DNA from: Macrostomum hystrix
Taxonomy: Eukaryota > Animalia > Platyhelminthes
DNA: 64,000 nt
Assembly: GCA_950097015.1 (NCBI GenBank)
Contig: CATNEN010000001.1
Span: 5,704,001 to 5,768,000, forward strand
Direction of reading: 5' to 3'
Within the stretch, counting starts at the first letter, position 1. The number at the start of each line of letters is the position of its first letter. The position numbers were made by a program, and so were the translations under genes. The notes under the pieces are model-generated. The model did not search any database, was not told the origin of the DNA, and saw only the letters and a program-made list of their open reading frames with translations. This document shows, in pieces, positions 35,801 through 49,623 of this stretch.

Positions 35801-38800
35801 TCCATGGACTGAACAGATTTCAGAATTCAGTTGCGCTGCGCAATTGCTGCGGCTGTGCTGTCGGCTGCACATCTGGTCCAACTGGGGCAGGTGTAATCAA
35901 ATATTATTTGTAAATAAAGAAATTTTAATTATTACGTTCAGGAATTACTCGTGGTTTTTTACGTCAACACAGAGAAAAATAGTTTCACACAAATATCATT
36001 AAACGTTAATTAATAACGTAATTATTATTAATTAGTAGTAGCAGCCCTAACAAATTGAGTTGCAGTGATTGCTTTTGTCTAGAAAACAATGTGAAGACAA
36101 TGTCAGCTAATGAACTCAGAGAAAACACATTTTTAATTACTTATAAAGCTAAGACCAAGACTCATTCTCCTGCACTCTTTGACCCCTTGCCGCTCGAACG
36201 CCTTTATTTCTTCCGGCCTACTTTTCTGGTTAGGAAATTGCCTGAAAAGCGAAGACGAGCCTGAAACGGAGCTACACATTGACGGCCTCGGAGAGAGCAG
36301 ACGCTATTGGAACTTCGATCGCAGTGAGAGCACTTGTACGTGATTGCGAGGCAGTGATGTAAACAACGCGAGAATCCCGCCCCCTTTGAAGACCCTTTAC
36401 CTAATTCGTGCAAACATCAATAGCCAGAAGCAATACTATAACTCGGTGAAAATAAAATGTAGCCACATCATATACTCGTACGTTATCTTGCTACACTTTT
36501 TTCCGCGATTTTTGTCGCTGAGCTCCTGTTTTTTTCTTGCTGTGCTGACGAGGTCATTGGCCCGAGCATATGGACTCACAGGGATTGGGGCATGCCGCGT
36601 TCACGACAGCATTCTGCGTGTCCCATCCAGGAAATCGGCTGACTATGACCAAAGGATATCCCTTAGGTCGCCTTTGTCACTTTGATCCCCAGATTACGCT
36701 TATCGCAATGCTCGTGTCTACATGGGCTTGTACATGCATACGAAGTTACTCATTTATCATTGCTCGTTGCTCTAAATACTAAATTTTCGTACAGTTCTTA
36801 AGTAAAGATGTTTAAACTAGCCATATTTTAAATTGTACTCTGCATCAAAATTAAAAACTGTGCATACAATTTCGCTGCAAGCTTCAATATGTAGGACATA
36901 ACTCTTATTCGGTTTCTATCCTTTAAGCGATGTCGCTCTCTGTTGGCTATGTTAAATATCTCGTAAAATATAAAATATTCTTTATTAAGTTTTTAATGTC
37001 GCTTTCAGAGATATCCTGTAGTCCAGTACAGTTGAGATTCGTGAAATCCAGATAGATTTTAATCCCAAAAGCAGATGCGAGAAATAGTCGAGAGCTGAAA
37101 CACATTCAGATTCGAGTGGTCTCTGATGCTAAACGCGAAGGCTAGTTAGCAAATTGACATTCAATATGAAACTTAGCATATAACCAGTCGAGTTAGATCC
37201 TCGTTATTAAATTGATCGCATCGATGTCGCTGCATCACTTTCAGGATGTTGCCTTTAGCTGCTCGCGTTGATTTGCGTCATCAGAGGCATTAAAGTAATG
37301 AAACTTCATCAATCTGATTGCTGGCTACTTGATCCGCTCTTCCCAACCAAATATATCAAAAGCAGTGATTGGTTTCTGAGGCCTTGCACCTGTCTACCCT
37401 CAACGGTACAGTTTGATTAACGCAGTACGAGTAAAAAGACACGGGGGTATTTCAAATGCCCACGTTTTTCTTTTTTCTGCATCTCCCAAAATATTCAACG
37501 AAACAGCATGAAAATCCAGAACATGGGCTAATCCAGAACTTTCAGAGCTAAAAATTTTTTCAATAATTCTTGTCGGGGTGTAAAAAAAATATTGACATAT
37601 TTATTGTTCTCAAAATTTCATCATGTAACCATGACGAATATCATTGTTGACTATTTTAGATTGATTAAATTGTTTATTTTTTTAACAAATGTGGTGTCGC
37701 CATGGAGGTTTGTATAGAGCATTGTTAGTTGTCCTTGTCACCTGGATCTACGGCAGAAATAGCTAAATATCTCAACGACACTGACTCAGATGGCTTTACC
37801 TTTGCTTTTGCTTTAGCATTTAATGTTGACAATTTTTCGTGGAAAAATATAAATCAGCACGTGCCTGTTGATGGCGTGCTATTTAAATAATTATTTACAA
37901 GTTAGTTCATCGTAAAGGTAGTGATTTTTTAGCCGTTAATTGGACTTTCGCGAAAATCGGTCATTCGGTTTGGGATCTATCTTGAAGTAGGAAGTGGGTA
38001 TTTGAAATACCAAATGGGAGAACAATGATCGCTTCTACTGTTAAAGCTTTCGCGTTTTGATAAATATCGATTCCCAACAGCACTTTAGTCCCTTTGAAGC
38101 CGCTTGAAATAACAAAGAATTACGTGCCACGCAAACCAATTGATTGTAAATAATTTTACATAAAAGAGAGACCAGATGAAGTTCAGCTAGTGTGAGGAGG
38201 TTTAATAAAGCCACGTACATTGGACGCACAGACAAACAAGCTTAATTTCAAACGAGAGACCTGGGAGAAAATGAAACTAGGAAATGTATTGTCAAAATGT
38301 GAAATAAAAAGGAAGTGTATGAATCAGAAGCATCAGCAATAAAGAGTGATGGCACACACTAAAAGGCGAAAGCGAGGCTCAAGATAACGGGAAGCGGGAA
38401 GCGAAGGAAATGAGTTAAGAAACGGAAAGAAAATATGAAAATACAAGACTGCATGAGAATACTCAAGAAAATTCCAAGCGGAAAGTATAGGACGTGGCTG
38501 AAAGATGTGGTAGAAACAGGAGAGGATATCAAAGGAGTGAGCATGAGTCACAGAAATAGTTATAGCTGATGGTGTGCTAGAACACGCATAATTTTTCGTT
38601 CCTAGACTACACGACCTCGCAAATAAAAGTCCAAGTTTTAAAACAGAAATCTGATGGCAATAAAAATGGCAACGGGAAACTAAAAGTACCACATTTTAAG
38701 GCAACAATGAGCCTCGGCACAATTACTCAGATGCTGCTGGTTAGACGCGAAAGAGACGACTCCATTCAAACAAAAAAATTCACGAACCTTTATTGTTCCA

Positions 38801-39459
38801 AAACGTATAGCCTCTATGAAGCTGGTGGAAATTTAGGAAAGCAAAATTGTATTTTTATCCGGTTTTTTTAAATCCTTTTTAGCCAAATTCAAAGCTTTCG
38901 CACGATAAATATAGTGCTCAACATAAGTAAGACGCTTTTGCAGTTTTGAACGAAAGAAGCGGATAAGCGAATACATATTCGTTTATTACTGCTAGTTTTC
39001 TGCGGCAAACGGGCTTTTCACTTCCAAAGACTCGTGCTTGCTCAACTCAAACTCAAACGGTACGAAAACTGCATAGCGGACGAAGAGGGGACACTTTTTA
39101 CAAAAAAGCATTTACAGATAAGATAAAATGTTGGCGAACACGCAACAAACACAGAAGCACTCACGATAAAAACACAAAGTTCTTTTTTATGTAAATATAA
39201 CGTGTATGATGCTACAAGTACTTATAAACTGTACCTCGTATTTGTTTTGAGAAATACACTCAGTTAGTATATAAATAACTAATTAAGCTAAGCTTGACAA
39301 CTAAATGAATAAAATACTATGTAAAATTACTAGCAAAATATTTGCACAGTCAAGCTGCTTTTAGAAAATTATGATGAACAAAATAAATTTTTGTATTATC
39401 GAGCGACATGAATGAAGTGATGTAACAGCGAGCATTTCAAACTATTCAGTTGTTGCTCA

Positions 39460-41048
39460 TCAGCGCACCGGATTTAGTTCATCCAGCTCAACAACCGCCG
39501 AATCTCGATCTGACTTTGGCAGACTGCTTCCGTTTACACCCCGATCATGCCGACGCTGCTGCCGCCGTCGCAGCAGAAGAGCGAATGCGCAGGCAATCGC
39601 AACAGCGTCGATCATATTCTTTGACGGAACAAGGTTCTTGTGCATTGCCTGGTAGATTGTCACGTCCATTAGATCTCTGTGCACGGCGATGGCTTTGTAG
39701 ACTCCAATAGCCTCTAGAGGAAGATAGCCAATGAATGTCAGCGCTAGGAATAGCAACTCAACAACTGAGTTGACACGATTGACGAATCTGGCACCCTTGT
39801 CAAGGACTTTCTCAGTGCATTCGTCGCTCGCAGATGCTGCGGGGGCAGCGGTTGTCACGGCGCTGACATTAGCTGGTCTGGTCTTTGAAGAACCTCGGCT
39901 CAGCTTGGCCGCCCGACTGCCCAGGTCGGGAGGGCCCCGGACTAGACGAAGCAATAGTACAATTGCGCCACAGGAATTCACGAGCAGGATTGGCAGATAG
40001 ACTTCAAGAAGTACTTCGGCGATTTTCGCATAGTTGTAGAATGTTTCAAAGCCGAAATCTACTAAGCAAACCTCTTGGTAGACTGGCTGCCTGTAGGATG
40101 GGTGAGAAAATTTTTTAATTGAGATTTGGTGAAATAAAATGCGAAATAATATATATACTACTGCCAGTCAGATTCAACTTGGTCTATCAAGTGTTGGGAT
40201 AACCCTAACCCACCTAATTAACTTCTGCCTAGGATGATGCTGATTCCAAATCAACATCTTGGTGAACTGGAGCAACGGAACTGTCTAGCTAAAGGACGAA
40301 GATTGCTTTCTTGGCTACGATTCGAGCTCCAGACCTCTCAGCAAGGTGTAATTCAGAAGCTCTTTCTGCTGGGCTACAGGCTTCCCTAGATAAAGCGATA
40401 ATTAAGTAGGTACATTTAAAATAAGATTGTCGAAAGCCTAGAATCTGTAGCTTACAAGTCCATGTTGTTCATTTTGCCGGTCGCATTGCGGCTAAGACCG
40501 GGCCGCTCGGTTCCGTTTCCAGTTTGGTTCAGACTGGCGTGAGACTGCGGCACAATGTTCAGCATGGGAGCGAACACGTAGATATAGTTGATGTGCAGCG
40601 AGAAAGCGAGTACGCTGGCTATAGCAAGCCCGATGCGCAAGCGGAGGCGGCTAAACTTAACGAGGCCAACGGCTGGGTTCAGACGCATCGAGGCTCTCTC
40701 CAAAGCTAGCAAGACCAACAGCCAGTTCTGCAGTAGCATCAAAAGCGACTCTAAAGCGTGAAACAGCTTGCATGTCCATGTGGTTAGGATTCGACTGTTC
40801 ACAAGCGGCACGGCGTAGTCCAGCGCAAGGAATGCGGCTCGATGAACTATGAAAGCCACGTCAACACCGCAGATGCAGCGAATAATGAGCAGACAGCTCA
40901 GCTGACACCTGAGGAAGCGTTTCGCGCGGGACAGGGCGAGGAAGCAGGCTATCAGAGTGGCAAAAGTGACCACAGCCAGGGTGTACCAGGCAGTCAGTGA
41001 CCAGCGCTCTCTAAAGAGCGCTTGAATAGCTTCGTCTGGCTGCATCAT
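39460..41048 (-). CDS. Divergent class A (rhodopsin-like) GPCR, ~407 aa
   Basis: Exons 41048-40456 and 40090-39460 (phase 2). Seven hydrophobic segments, TM3 CK...LLVLLALER, ECL2 Cys, TM5 YLPILLVN, TM6 GYLP. Confidence 0.85.
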
Positions 41049-42711
41049 TTTCTGTAGACTATCGGTGCGTGTCCGGAGTCACTGGCAGATGTTGCGTATC
41101 GTATGGGAATAATGGGAATAGAATGCCCAGCCTTTTCTAGGCCTCTTCTCCCCTCCTGTTCGGTGCCTATATGCTGGGCTGGGAATACGGGAGATTTTGA
41201 GCGTGCCTAATTGGCTGTGCAGCTGATGGACAAATTATAGCGCTCCTTCAAGGTGCCCAATAGTTCTGTCAGTCAGTATCACGATAGAAAGAAAAAAAAT
41301 GTGACGTCTTAGACACAATCGCACGCAAGTCCGTCTTAGGTAGACAGTTACTGTCGACTAAGTGGAAATATAAATGGTAATAATGGCTAGTATGAATTAT
41401 GATTTTCAATATTGCAATCTTTAAATCCCTTCTGGCCAAATCGAGGGATAAAAAAGACTAGAACTTTGCCAAATATTTTTGTTGCTGAATAAAAAAATAC
41501 TAAATTAACAAATAACAACGCGTGATGAAATAGTACTTTTGTTTCCATGATGGATTATCTTTTAGAAAAAAGTAGGATATATTTGAGTCGAAGAAAACTC
41601 AAAGCGGCTACTTTGAAGAGAGACGGGGATAAAAAGACTATTTGCGAGCAGCATATGTACTAAGGGGATTATTATAGCAGTAGACATTTCATTCTTTTGG
41701 AAACCTAAAACAAATCAAAAGCCGCTTCTGAATCTTCTGAATCCGTGGCCAAGGTTTTCTGGTTCAACACTTATAGGAATTTTCTGGATGAACAGCGATG
41801 CCAGGAGGTGGTTGTAGAGACCTGGTGAAGCTGAGAACTGGACGTTGACCAAAACACTCGAGGGAAAGCTCGCACGTGGTAGTGATACAGCCGATTCATT
41901 TTTAACACTTATGATCTCGTCTTGACCCAGTCGTATGTCGTCGTGAGTCAGGGAAGCCAGCGCGACCAGAAAGTCTTGGAGGAAGCTCAGATTAGAGCCA
42001 CTTCAGGGCGTCCCACAATGGACCACGGCAGTATGTTTATAACGATCAATAAAAAAATTGATTGTTAACGTTTAATTAGCAAAGATCGGAAAGCTTTCCT
42101 AACACATTATATGTTGTCTACCGTATCTAAGGATATCCGATTCTCTAACAGTTGTTCAAAGTGCAGGCAAAGATGAAAGCGACGAGGCTAGATAAAGTTA
42201 ATGTGTTCCTATTTAGCAGATTAGTAAAGAAGCAACTATAAATATAGGTGTCTAAATATAGCCAAAGGCTGACCGATATTTATCGGGCTCAGGCATGTAA
42301 ATATATCACATTAGACTCGTAAAATACAAGATCACCATCTCTTACAGTTGCCATTCTGTGCCATGTGCATGCATGTATTTAAAATTGCTTCTAAACAATC
42401 AGGTTGCTTAACTATAGCTTGTATAAATACTTTGACGAAACATTCGTATGTACTCTACATTAACGTTATTTTATGGTACGAACATTGGTACTTAACCAGG
42501 CAATGCTTGATTTCCTGCAATCGTAGCCAGAATTACCAATTATCTTTCCTATAGGCAACGTGTGACCTATTTCCGGTCTCTCGAAATTTCAAGTGAATGA
42601 TTTGCCTAGCAGAGCAGCATGCATGTACGTTCATTATGTACTTTACGTACGTACTTTACGTACTTTACGTACTTTAACAAACATACTCTAGTCGTAAGGT
42701 CACTTATTCTA

Positions 42712-43320
42712 TACTCAGCAACAGCTAAACTCCCCCAACTCACGCTGTCACACGGCCCAAAAGTTTTGTATGCCATCGGTGACTCAGAAATGTGTGAAGG
42801 CTGCCGCCGCCAGACGCGAGCGCAAAGTGCGGCATGGGGGATTTGGGGAGGGGGTGGCGCAACTCAACCCACTGGTGGCTGCATTGCGCAATGGTAAACC
42901 TTTGCTACGACAACCTTTGGCGGCCCACAGAACTGCATGCTTCAAGACGACAACGCTGCGCCACATCGAGCAGCACACGTGCAGCTGCTGAAGGAGCAGC
43001 TCGGCATTCGCACATTGAACTGGCCGTCAAAGTCTCCAGACATGAACCCCATCGAGCATGTCTGGGACTTTGTAAAGCGAAGAGTTCAGCAGGATGCCCC
43101 ACAGAATGCTGAACAGTTGCGACTGGCGGTGCTGAATGCCTGGCAGCAGCTGCCCCATGAGTTCATCAACCGGCTGGTGATCAGGATGCCACGACGAGTC
43201 ACGGCACTTTTGCATGCTCGTGGTTCCTACACACGATACTGAGACTAGAATTAAAGACATTGCTTAACTTTTGTGCCCGTGTGACAGCGTGAGTTGGGGG
43301 GGTTTAGCTGTTGCTGAGTA
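42712..43320 (+). mobile_element. Tc1 (DD34E) internal-deletion derivative
   Basis: ~54 bp TIRs TACTCAGCAACAGCTAAAC..., TA duplicated at 42710-11 and 43321-22. Transposase C-terminus QDDNAAPH..WPSKSPDMNPIE has 34 residues between D and E. Confidence 0.95.
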
Positions 43321-44413
43321 TAAATACTCTTAGATACTTGTATGCCACAAATAATTGTGAACGAATAAAAAAGAAGACAAAGTGCCTCTCCTTGCTACCA
43401 AGCTGTTGATATTTTAAATGATTACCACAGTGAAAGTAGCTCGTACCGACGAGAAACCCCATGAAAATTTTTTGAATGCACCAATGCAAGTATCTGAAAT
43501 TCTAGAACAAGGTCCACCTCAAAGAAGCAATATTCAAGATTATTAGATCATTTGAATCGACAAAAATCATCGGCTTGTCGACGTCTTCAGTTTTAAATTA
43601 TTCTTCAATCTATCTCTCATCAAGCACTGAAAAATACACTTGGTCAGTTAAAATAGCTACGTTTCTTGTCATTTCTTGACAAGAAATGTCAAGAAATATC
43701 TTGTTTCTTGATTTCTTAATATCTTGTCACTGGTGCCATCAATCCCGTCGTTCGTGTATTTGGATAATTGAATCTTAGTGAAAAAATGAATCAATTCTTG
43801 AGTATTTTAATTAGCTAAGTGGCATTAAGTTCGTGTTCGAAGATTTTGAGTGTTAACTAGAGCTGTCATGTGATTTTCGCAGAATTTTAAAATAGCAGTA
43901 TGAAAATGTATATAGACGGGATGATCAAACAGATATTTACCAGATTGCAGCCTGTTCAATTGTTTAAATAGATCAAATGTTTAAACGTTCTCAACCTTTG
44001 AAATTATGACATAGTTTTGACGTGCCAAATTACCATCTGTTTTAACTTAAGATCGGATAAAAAGCTAATTTAATTTGTCATGCTGTTCTGGAAAAAAACT
44101 AATAGTGTACAGTGAGACTGTTTGCAATGCCAGGTTATGTACAATGCCAAACGTACAAAGTGCCTTCTACATGTGCCTAGATAAAATGGTTGGCTAGAAA
44201 ATGCGAAGTGCTACCTTCATTTAGTCGACTGCCTCTCCCGTCACAGGGTAGAGAATGGCAGTGAGAGAAAAGTGCTATAAAAGTACGCGGGTGCCGAGTG
44301 ACTTGATCATTCTGGTACTAGCTGCACGGGTCTACCTGTTATTTTCGTTAACATAGAATCTCTGGTTAGAGATCAACCTCTTTATATCGAAGTTGAAGAT
44401 ACACTGCTAAGCT

Positions 44414-47400
44414 ATGGCTTCTGGTAAGACCAATTGGTCCTGTTGAATCAAAGGCAGAGAAATACTAAACGTATTAGTTATAAAAAATTATCATACCTGT
44501 AGTAAGTAGTAATAATAGTAACGATAATATTCGCCGGGAGCTGTGGGCACAGCGTATCACTTAACGACAGTCGACCCGCAGTCAGCCAGGAGGCGATTCT
44601 GCCATTCCGCTGACCACTATAAGTATATACATGCACAATGATACCGTACGCAGGCAGGTGTACACTCATACAGGGGTGTACATGGAGCCCCCAAGCTTTC
44701 TCACCGCGGCAGTGGATAATTTAGCCACGACACGGATTCCATCTCAGCGACGTCGGTGTGAAAGTCAAGCTCAAACGCTCCACCACTCCACCGCTCCCTG
44801 GTTATTTGATGATAGAGACGAAAATCGAAAAAAGCTTTTTGCATTTTACGAAATGAGAGCTTTTTAGTTGCAAGATTCAATCTTTTTTCTAGGCCTGTTT
44901 TCTAAAATGGTTTTTCCCAAAAAGCACTTTTGTTCAGCAGAAATTCGAAATCAATCTACGAAACTCCAAACAGAATTCGGTAAAAGCATTCTCGAGTCGC
45001 ATTTCCCACACGTGGCAGCCACTCGAGTGACTATGCTGAATTCGGGTTCCTTCGGTCTGTCACCGAAGTCTGTCATCGACAAGAAATTGCAGTAAGTTTA
45101 GTATGTGCCAACCCTTTATTCCTATTAATATGTTTTTTAGCTAAAAAGTAACAGTGCACCAATCATGCCAGATACATCCAAGATTTCGAAAGCTACGGCG
45201 ACAACTACGTTCGCCAGGGTCTTCTGCGTCAAACTGCAGACAGTGTGAAGGCTATCGCCGACCTTCTCGGTCTTCGGGCGGAGCAGTGCGTCCTAGTTGA
45301 CAACGTCACCGTTGGCGTGTCAACCCTTCTTGACTGCGTGGCGAAGCCAAGTGACAGAATTCTGGTTAACTCATGGACCTACGGCTCTGTTAAGATGGCT
45401 GCGGAGTCCGTTGGAGAAAACTGCCTTGCAGAGACTGCAGGCGACACCAGGGTAGTTGAGATGGGCATTCGAGTGCCAGTGGCATCGGAGGAAGAAGTTA
45501 TTGACATAGTCAGAGACACTCTTGACAAGCACACGGACATTCGGATTGCTATTTTCGGTTAGAGTAAACTCCTGATTTGATTTGCACCATATTTTTTCTG
45601 AAGCCCTAAAAGCAGCTCACGCAGACATTGACTAGCAAATAGTTCTCAAAGCGCATTGCTGCTTATCTACTTGACCGAAATATGAACCCGGTGCAATCTT
45701 GATTGATCAAATCATTAGTTTCTACAGCTAATTGCAGACGGGAAAGGATTGTACAGCATACTAGTTTCTCAGCTAATTGCAGACGGGAAAGGATTGTACA
45801 GCATACTAGTTTCTCAGCTAATTGCAGACGGGAAAGGATTGTACAGCATACTAGTTTCTCAGCTAATTGCAGACGGGAAAGGATTGTACAGCATACTAGT
45901 TTCTCAGCTAATTGCAGACGGGAAAGGATTGTACAACATACTAGTTTATCAGCTAATTGCAGACGGGAAAGGATTGTACAGCATACTAGTTTCTCAGCTA
46001 ATTGCAGACGGGAAAGGATTGTACAGCATACTAGTTTCTCAGCTAATTGCAGACGGGAAAGGATTGTACAGCATACTAGTTTCTCAGCTAATTGCAGACG
46101 GGAAAGGATTGTACAGCATACTAGTTTCTCAGCTAATTGCAGACGGGAAAGGATTGTACAGCATACTAGTTTCTCAGCTATTCTATGCAGGTGCAATTCT
46201 ACCCGATACAATCAGATGTTCTAAATGTTCTAAACACAGACCACATCACGAGCTCAACGGCCTGCCTGATGCCAGTGCGGCAGCTGACTGAGGTGTGCCG
46301 CAGCCGAGACATTCTAGTCATCATCGACGGTGCGCATGCGATTGGCCAGGTGCCCGAGCTCGATATTGAAGCCATTGGCGCAGACTTCTACGTAGGCAAT
46401 CTGCACAAATGGTGCTTCGCACCCAAATCTGCCGCCTTGCTGTGGGCGGACAAGACGAAAATCGACCGCCTGAGGCCATCTGTGGTGTCCTGGCTCGCAC
46501 AAGATCCTATGGCGTCCATGCGGTTCGCTTTCTTGGGCACTCGAGACACTAGCAGCGCCTGTGCCGTCAGCGAGGCGGTCCGTTTTGTGCGCGACACCTG
46601 CGGTGGGCTGGTGAGATTTTTCGCTGCGGCGAAAAATTGATTAATACGAGCCGTAGTTCCGTGTTATTATCATACTGCAAGTCTGTGAGAGTTGTAATAG
46701 CCACGCACAAATGAAATCCCTGTAATTATTACCCATTATTGCGTTAATTTCCTGCAGGCGTAGATTATTTTTTGCTTGGTTATTAAAAAGCATACTGATT
46801 ACAACTTTGAATGTTTTAATTAGTTCAACAATGAGCTACATGACACCTATGCTGTTGGCTCGGTTACATTGTAGCTGTGTGGATTTTTGCATCTGCAGAA
46901 CTTCCTCTTAATTACAGGCTTTCAGGTAGTCGCCGTAAATATATATTAGTTGCAAAACAGTAGCTATAATAAAAATGGTTTTCTATTCGCTTAAGACAAG
47001 GATGTATAAGGAATGCTGCAATCTTTTTAACTTCTCGATGATCTGAGCAATGCGGAAATTAAAGGCTTTTACTGTCACAAAACAATGCATACACGGGACA
47101 AAAAACGGCTTTGAACAATGCTTGTTCCATTTGTTGAAAAAAGTCTGACTGAAAACAGAGACATGTGTTCAGCTGTTTGATCGTGTGTGACGTCAATGCA
47201 CTCGGAAGAAATGGACTTTTACTGTTTATATAGATTGTGACGTGCACTTTTCCTCCACTAAAGCGATATTCCTAGAAATTATTATTTTTCGAAAGATGTA
47301 AAGTTAAGGATCTCATGAAATTCACAATTCTCCCTATACGTAATAAACGTAAACCTAAACGTAATAGTTGTGTCAAAATTTTACTTTCTTTGATGGAATC

Positions 47401-49623
47401 TATTGCTAACTAACTTTTATTTTACCGTTTTCAGAACCGATTGTATTTAAAAAGTATTTGGTTTTGTTTGAAGCCAGCTAGTTAAACAAAGTTAGTGACT
47501 GACAGTCAAGTAGTTGGTTGGTCAGAAACCCAACAGGATTTTTACTCTGGACCAACATCAACTCGGTATTTATTCCTCTTTTTTGCTAAATTTACTAGGC
47601 TTCAAATAATGGAGGCCCGTGTTTTTTGCTCTGGCAAGGGGAACAGGAGAGGCTGAGGAATAGTTGAAGGATAAATCAAAGCGTGAATGGCTTCCGTGCG
47701 GCTCGCAAGGTCGCATGCTGGTCATTCTTCTGTTTCCTCTTCTGCCCTGCCGTGCAATCTTTAGACTGGCATGACGCACTTCGTTTTTTGGGCATCTTAT
47801 CCATCTGTGTTTCTGTCTTTTGCCAATCAAGCAGTCTCAAAGATCCTAGCTACTTGATTTGATCGATTTCTTCTTTTAAAATACGAACTCGTAGAGAGTT
47901 CTCTAACAGTACGAGTACAAATACATCAAGCGTGTTTTGCACCCTATGACAATCACGCTTCACAGCTAATTCGCTGACAAATTGCTCAATTTCAGAGTCC
48001 CATTCATGCTTACTGCGCTGGTCTCGCTGATGAGGCATCGAGTTATCTAGCAGCGGCCTGGAGTTCTGGCAAGTTGCCGATTCCTGCTTCAATGGAGGCG
48101 CCGTACATGCGGCTTGTCGCTTTGCCACAGCATCTGCAGTGTCCACAAATTCTTCAAATGGTGAGAATCTGTGGTCACCTCGAATCGATATTTTATCTAG
48201 TAGTGTCCGGCATAGAACAAAGTACATCTGACACTGTGCACGTTAGTTAGATGTCTGAATGATCTGACACTGTTGTGATAGCTTCAGATAATTCTCTGTA
48301 CTTATCTGAACATAGGTAAACCCGAATTAACTATCTAGTTTATTCATTTAACAAAGATGAACGGAACAAAACATAAAATCTCACACATTGTACACTCTCA
48401 CACATAGTACACTCTCACACATTGTACACTCCCATACAGCGTACACTCCACACAGTGTACACTCCCACAAAGTAAACACTCTCACACAGTGTACACTCTC
48501 ACAAAGTAAATACTCTCACACAGTGTACACTCCCACAAAGTAAACACTCTCACACAGTGTACACTCTCACAAAGTAAATACTCTCACACAGTGTACACTC
48601 TCACAAAGTAAATACTCTCACACAGTGTACACTCTCACAAAGTAAATACTCTCACACAGTGTACACTCTCGCAAAGTAAATACTCTCACACAGTGTACAC
48701 TCTCACAAAGTAAATACTCTCACACAGTGTACACTCTCACAAAGTAAATACTCTCACACAGTGTACACTCTCACAAAGTAAATACTCTCACACAGTGTAC
48801 ACTCTCACAAAGTAAATACTCTCACACAGTGTACACTCTCACACAGTAAATACTCTCACACACTGTACACTCTCACAAAGTAAATACTCTCACACAGTGT
48901 ACACTCTCACAAGTAAATACTCTCACACAGTGTACACTCTCACACAGTGTACACTCTCACACAATGTACACTCTCACAAGTAAATACTCTCACACAGTGT
49001 ACACTCTCACAAAGAAAACACTCTCAAGCTGTGAAAGACACTGAAAACTTGCTAGTGCGCCAATCACCAGTAAGTACTCGTATTGATTTATATAACGTAG
49101 GTTTTAGCAACTGGTATAATTATGTCAAATCTGTCTTCAAATAGTTGCCATCGTGGCAGTGTCGTATTCGGAAGCAGCCTGTACCATTCTTACCCTTTTA
49201 GTGAGCTAGGTAGCTGTGTATAGCTTGGGCCTAAAAATCCTAGGATATTGAATTTCACCTTCTCTAGAGCAGCTCCAAATCTTACCTTTCATGTTTTTGC
49301 TTTATTTCCAAGGCAAGCAAGATGAGTGTCCTCGATATGAAAAAATAATTTTGAATCTAAATAATTTTCGTTTTTTGCATTTTTGACCGATGTCTTAAAA
49401 CAGTCAATCGAGCTGGCTCTCATTTTAGACCAAGGAATATCGACTGATGAGTCCAATGTGGAATTTTCTGCTTAACAAGCTGAAGATGGACCTGCTGCTT
49501 TTGAACATTCAGGGCAAGCTCTACATCCGCATCTCGTGTTCCGTGATTGTCGGCATGACTGATATTCGACAGCTGGCAGAGGCAATGCTGAAGCTCACCA
49601 AAGAAGACTTTTTGAGTCCTTAG
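44414..49623 (+). CDS. PLP-dependent class V aminotransferase-fold enzyme (Egt2 / L-cysteine desulfhydrase / isopenicillin N epimerase-like), ~441 aa
   Basis: Exons 44414-44423 (tentative), 44893-45091, 45172-45557, 46240-46610, 47996-48160 and 49429-49623 join in frame. Motifs LNSGSFG, DHITS, IDGAHAIG, GNLHKW (PLP Lys), GTRD, LYIRIS. Confidence 0.9.
44500..44797 (-). mobile_element. SINE family B, diverged and deleted copy
   Basis: Shares the CCCGCAGTCAGCCAGGAGGCGATTCTGCC block and tRNA-like head with the other copies. Confidence 0.7.
45715..46181. repeat. Intronic 45 bp minisatellite, ~10 near-identical copies
   Basis: Unit CAGCTAATTGCAGACGGGAAAGGATTGTACAGCATACTAGTTTCT. Confidence 0.97.
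48380..49026. repeat. Intronic minisatellite, 34 bp dimer of 17 bp units
   Basis: CTCTCACACAGTGTACA alternating with CTCTCACAAAGTAAATA. Confidence 0.95.

Noticed and set aside
45663-46291. Long repetitive ORFs on both strands and a CRISPR-like appearance
   Set aside because: Artefact of a 45 bp (3n) intronic repeat; no unique spacers, no cas genes, eukaryotic context.
47850-48227. 125 aa minus-strand ORF as a nested gene
   Set aside because: Antisense shadow of lyase exon 47996-48160.
49444-49470. CTGATGAGTCC hammerhead-like start
   Set aside because: No GAAA core or closing stems, and it lies in a coding exon.
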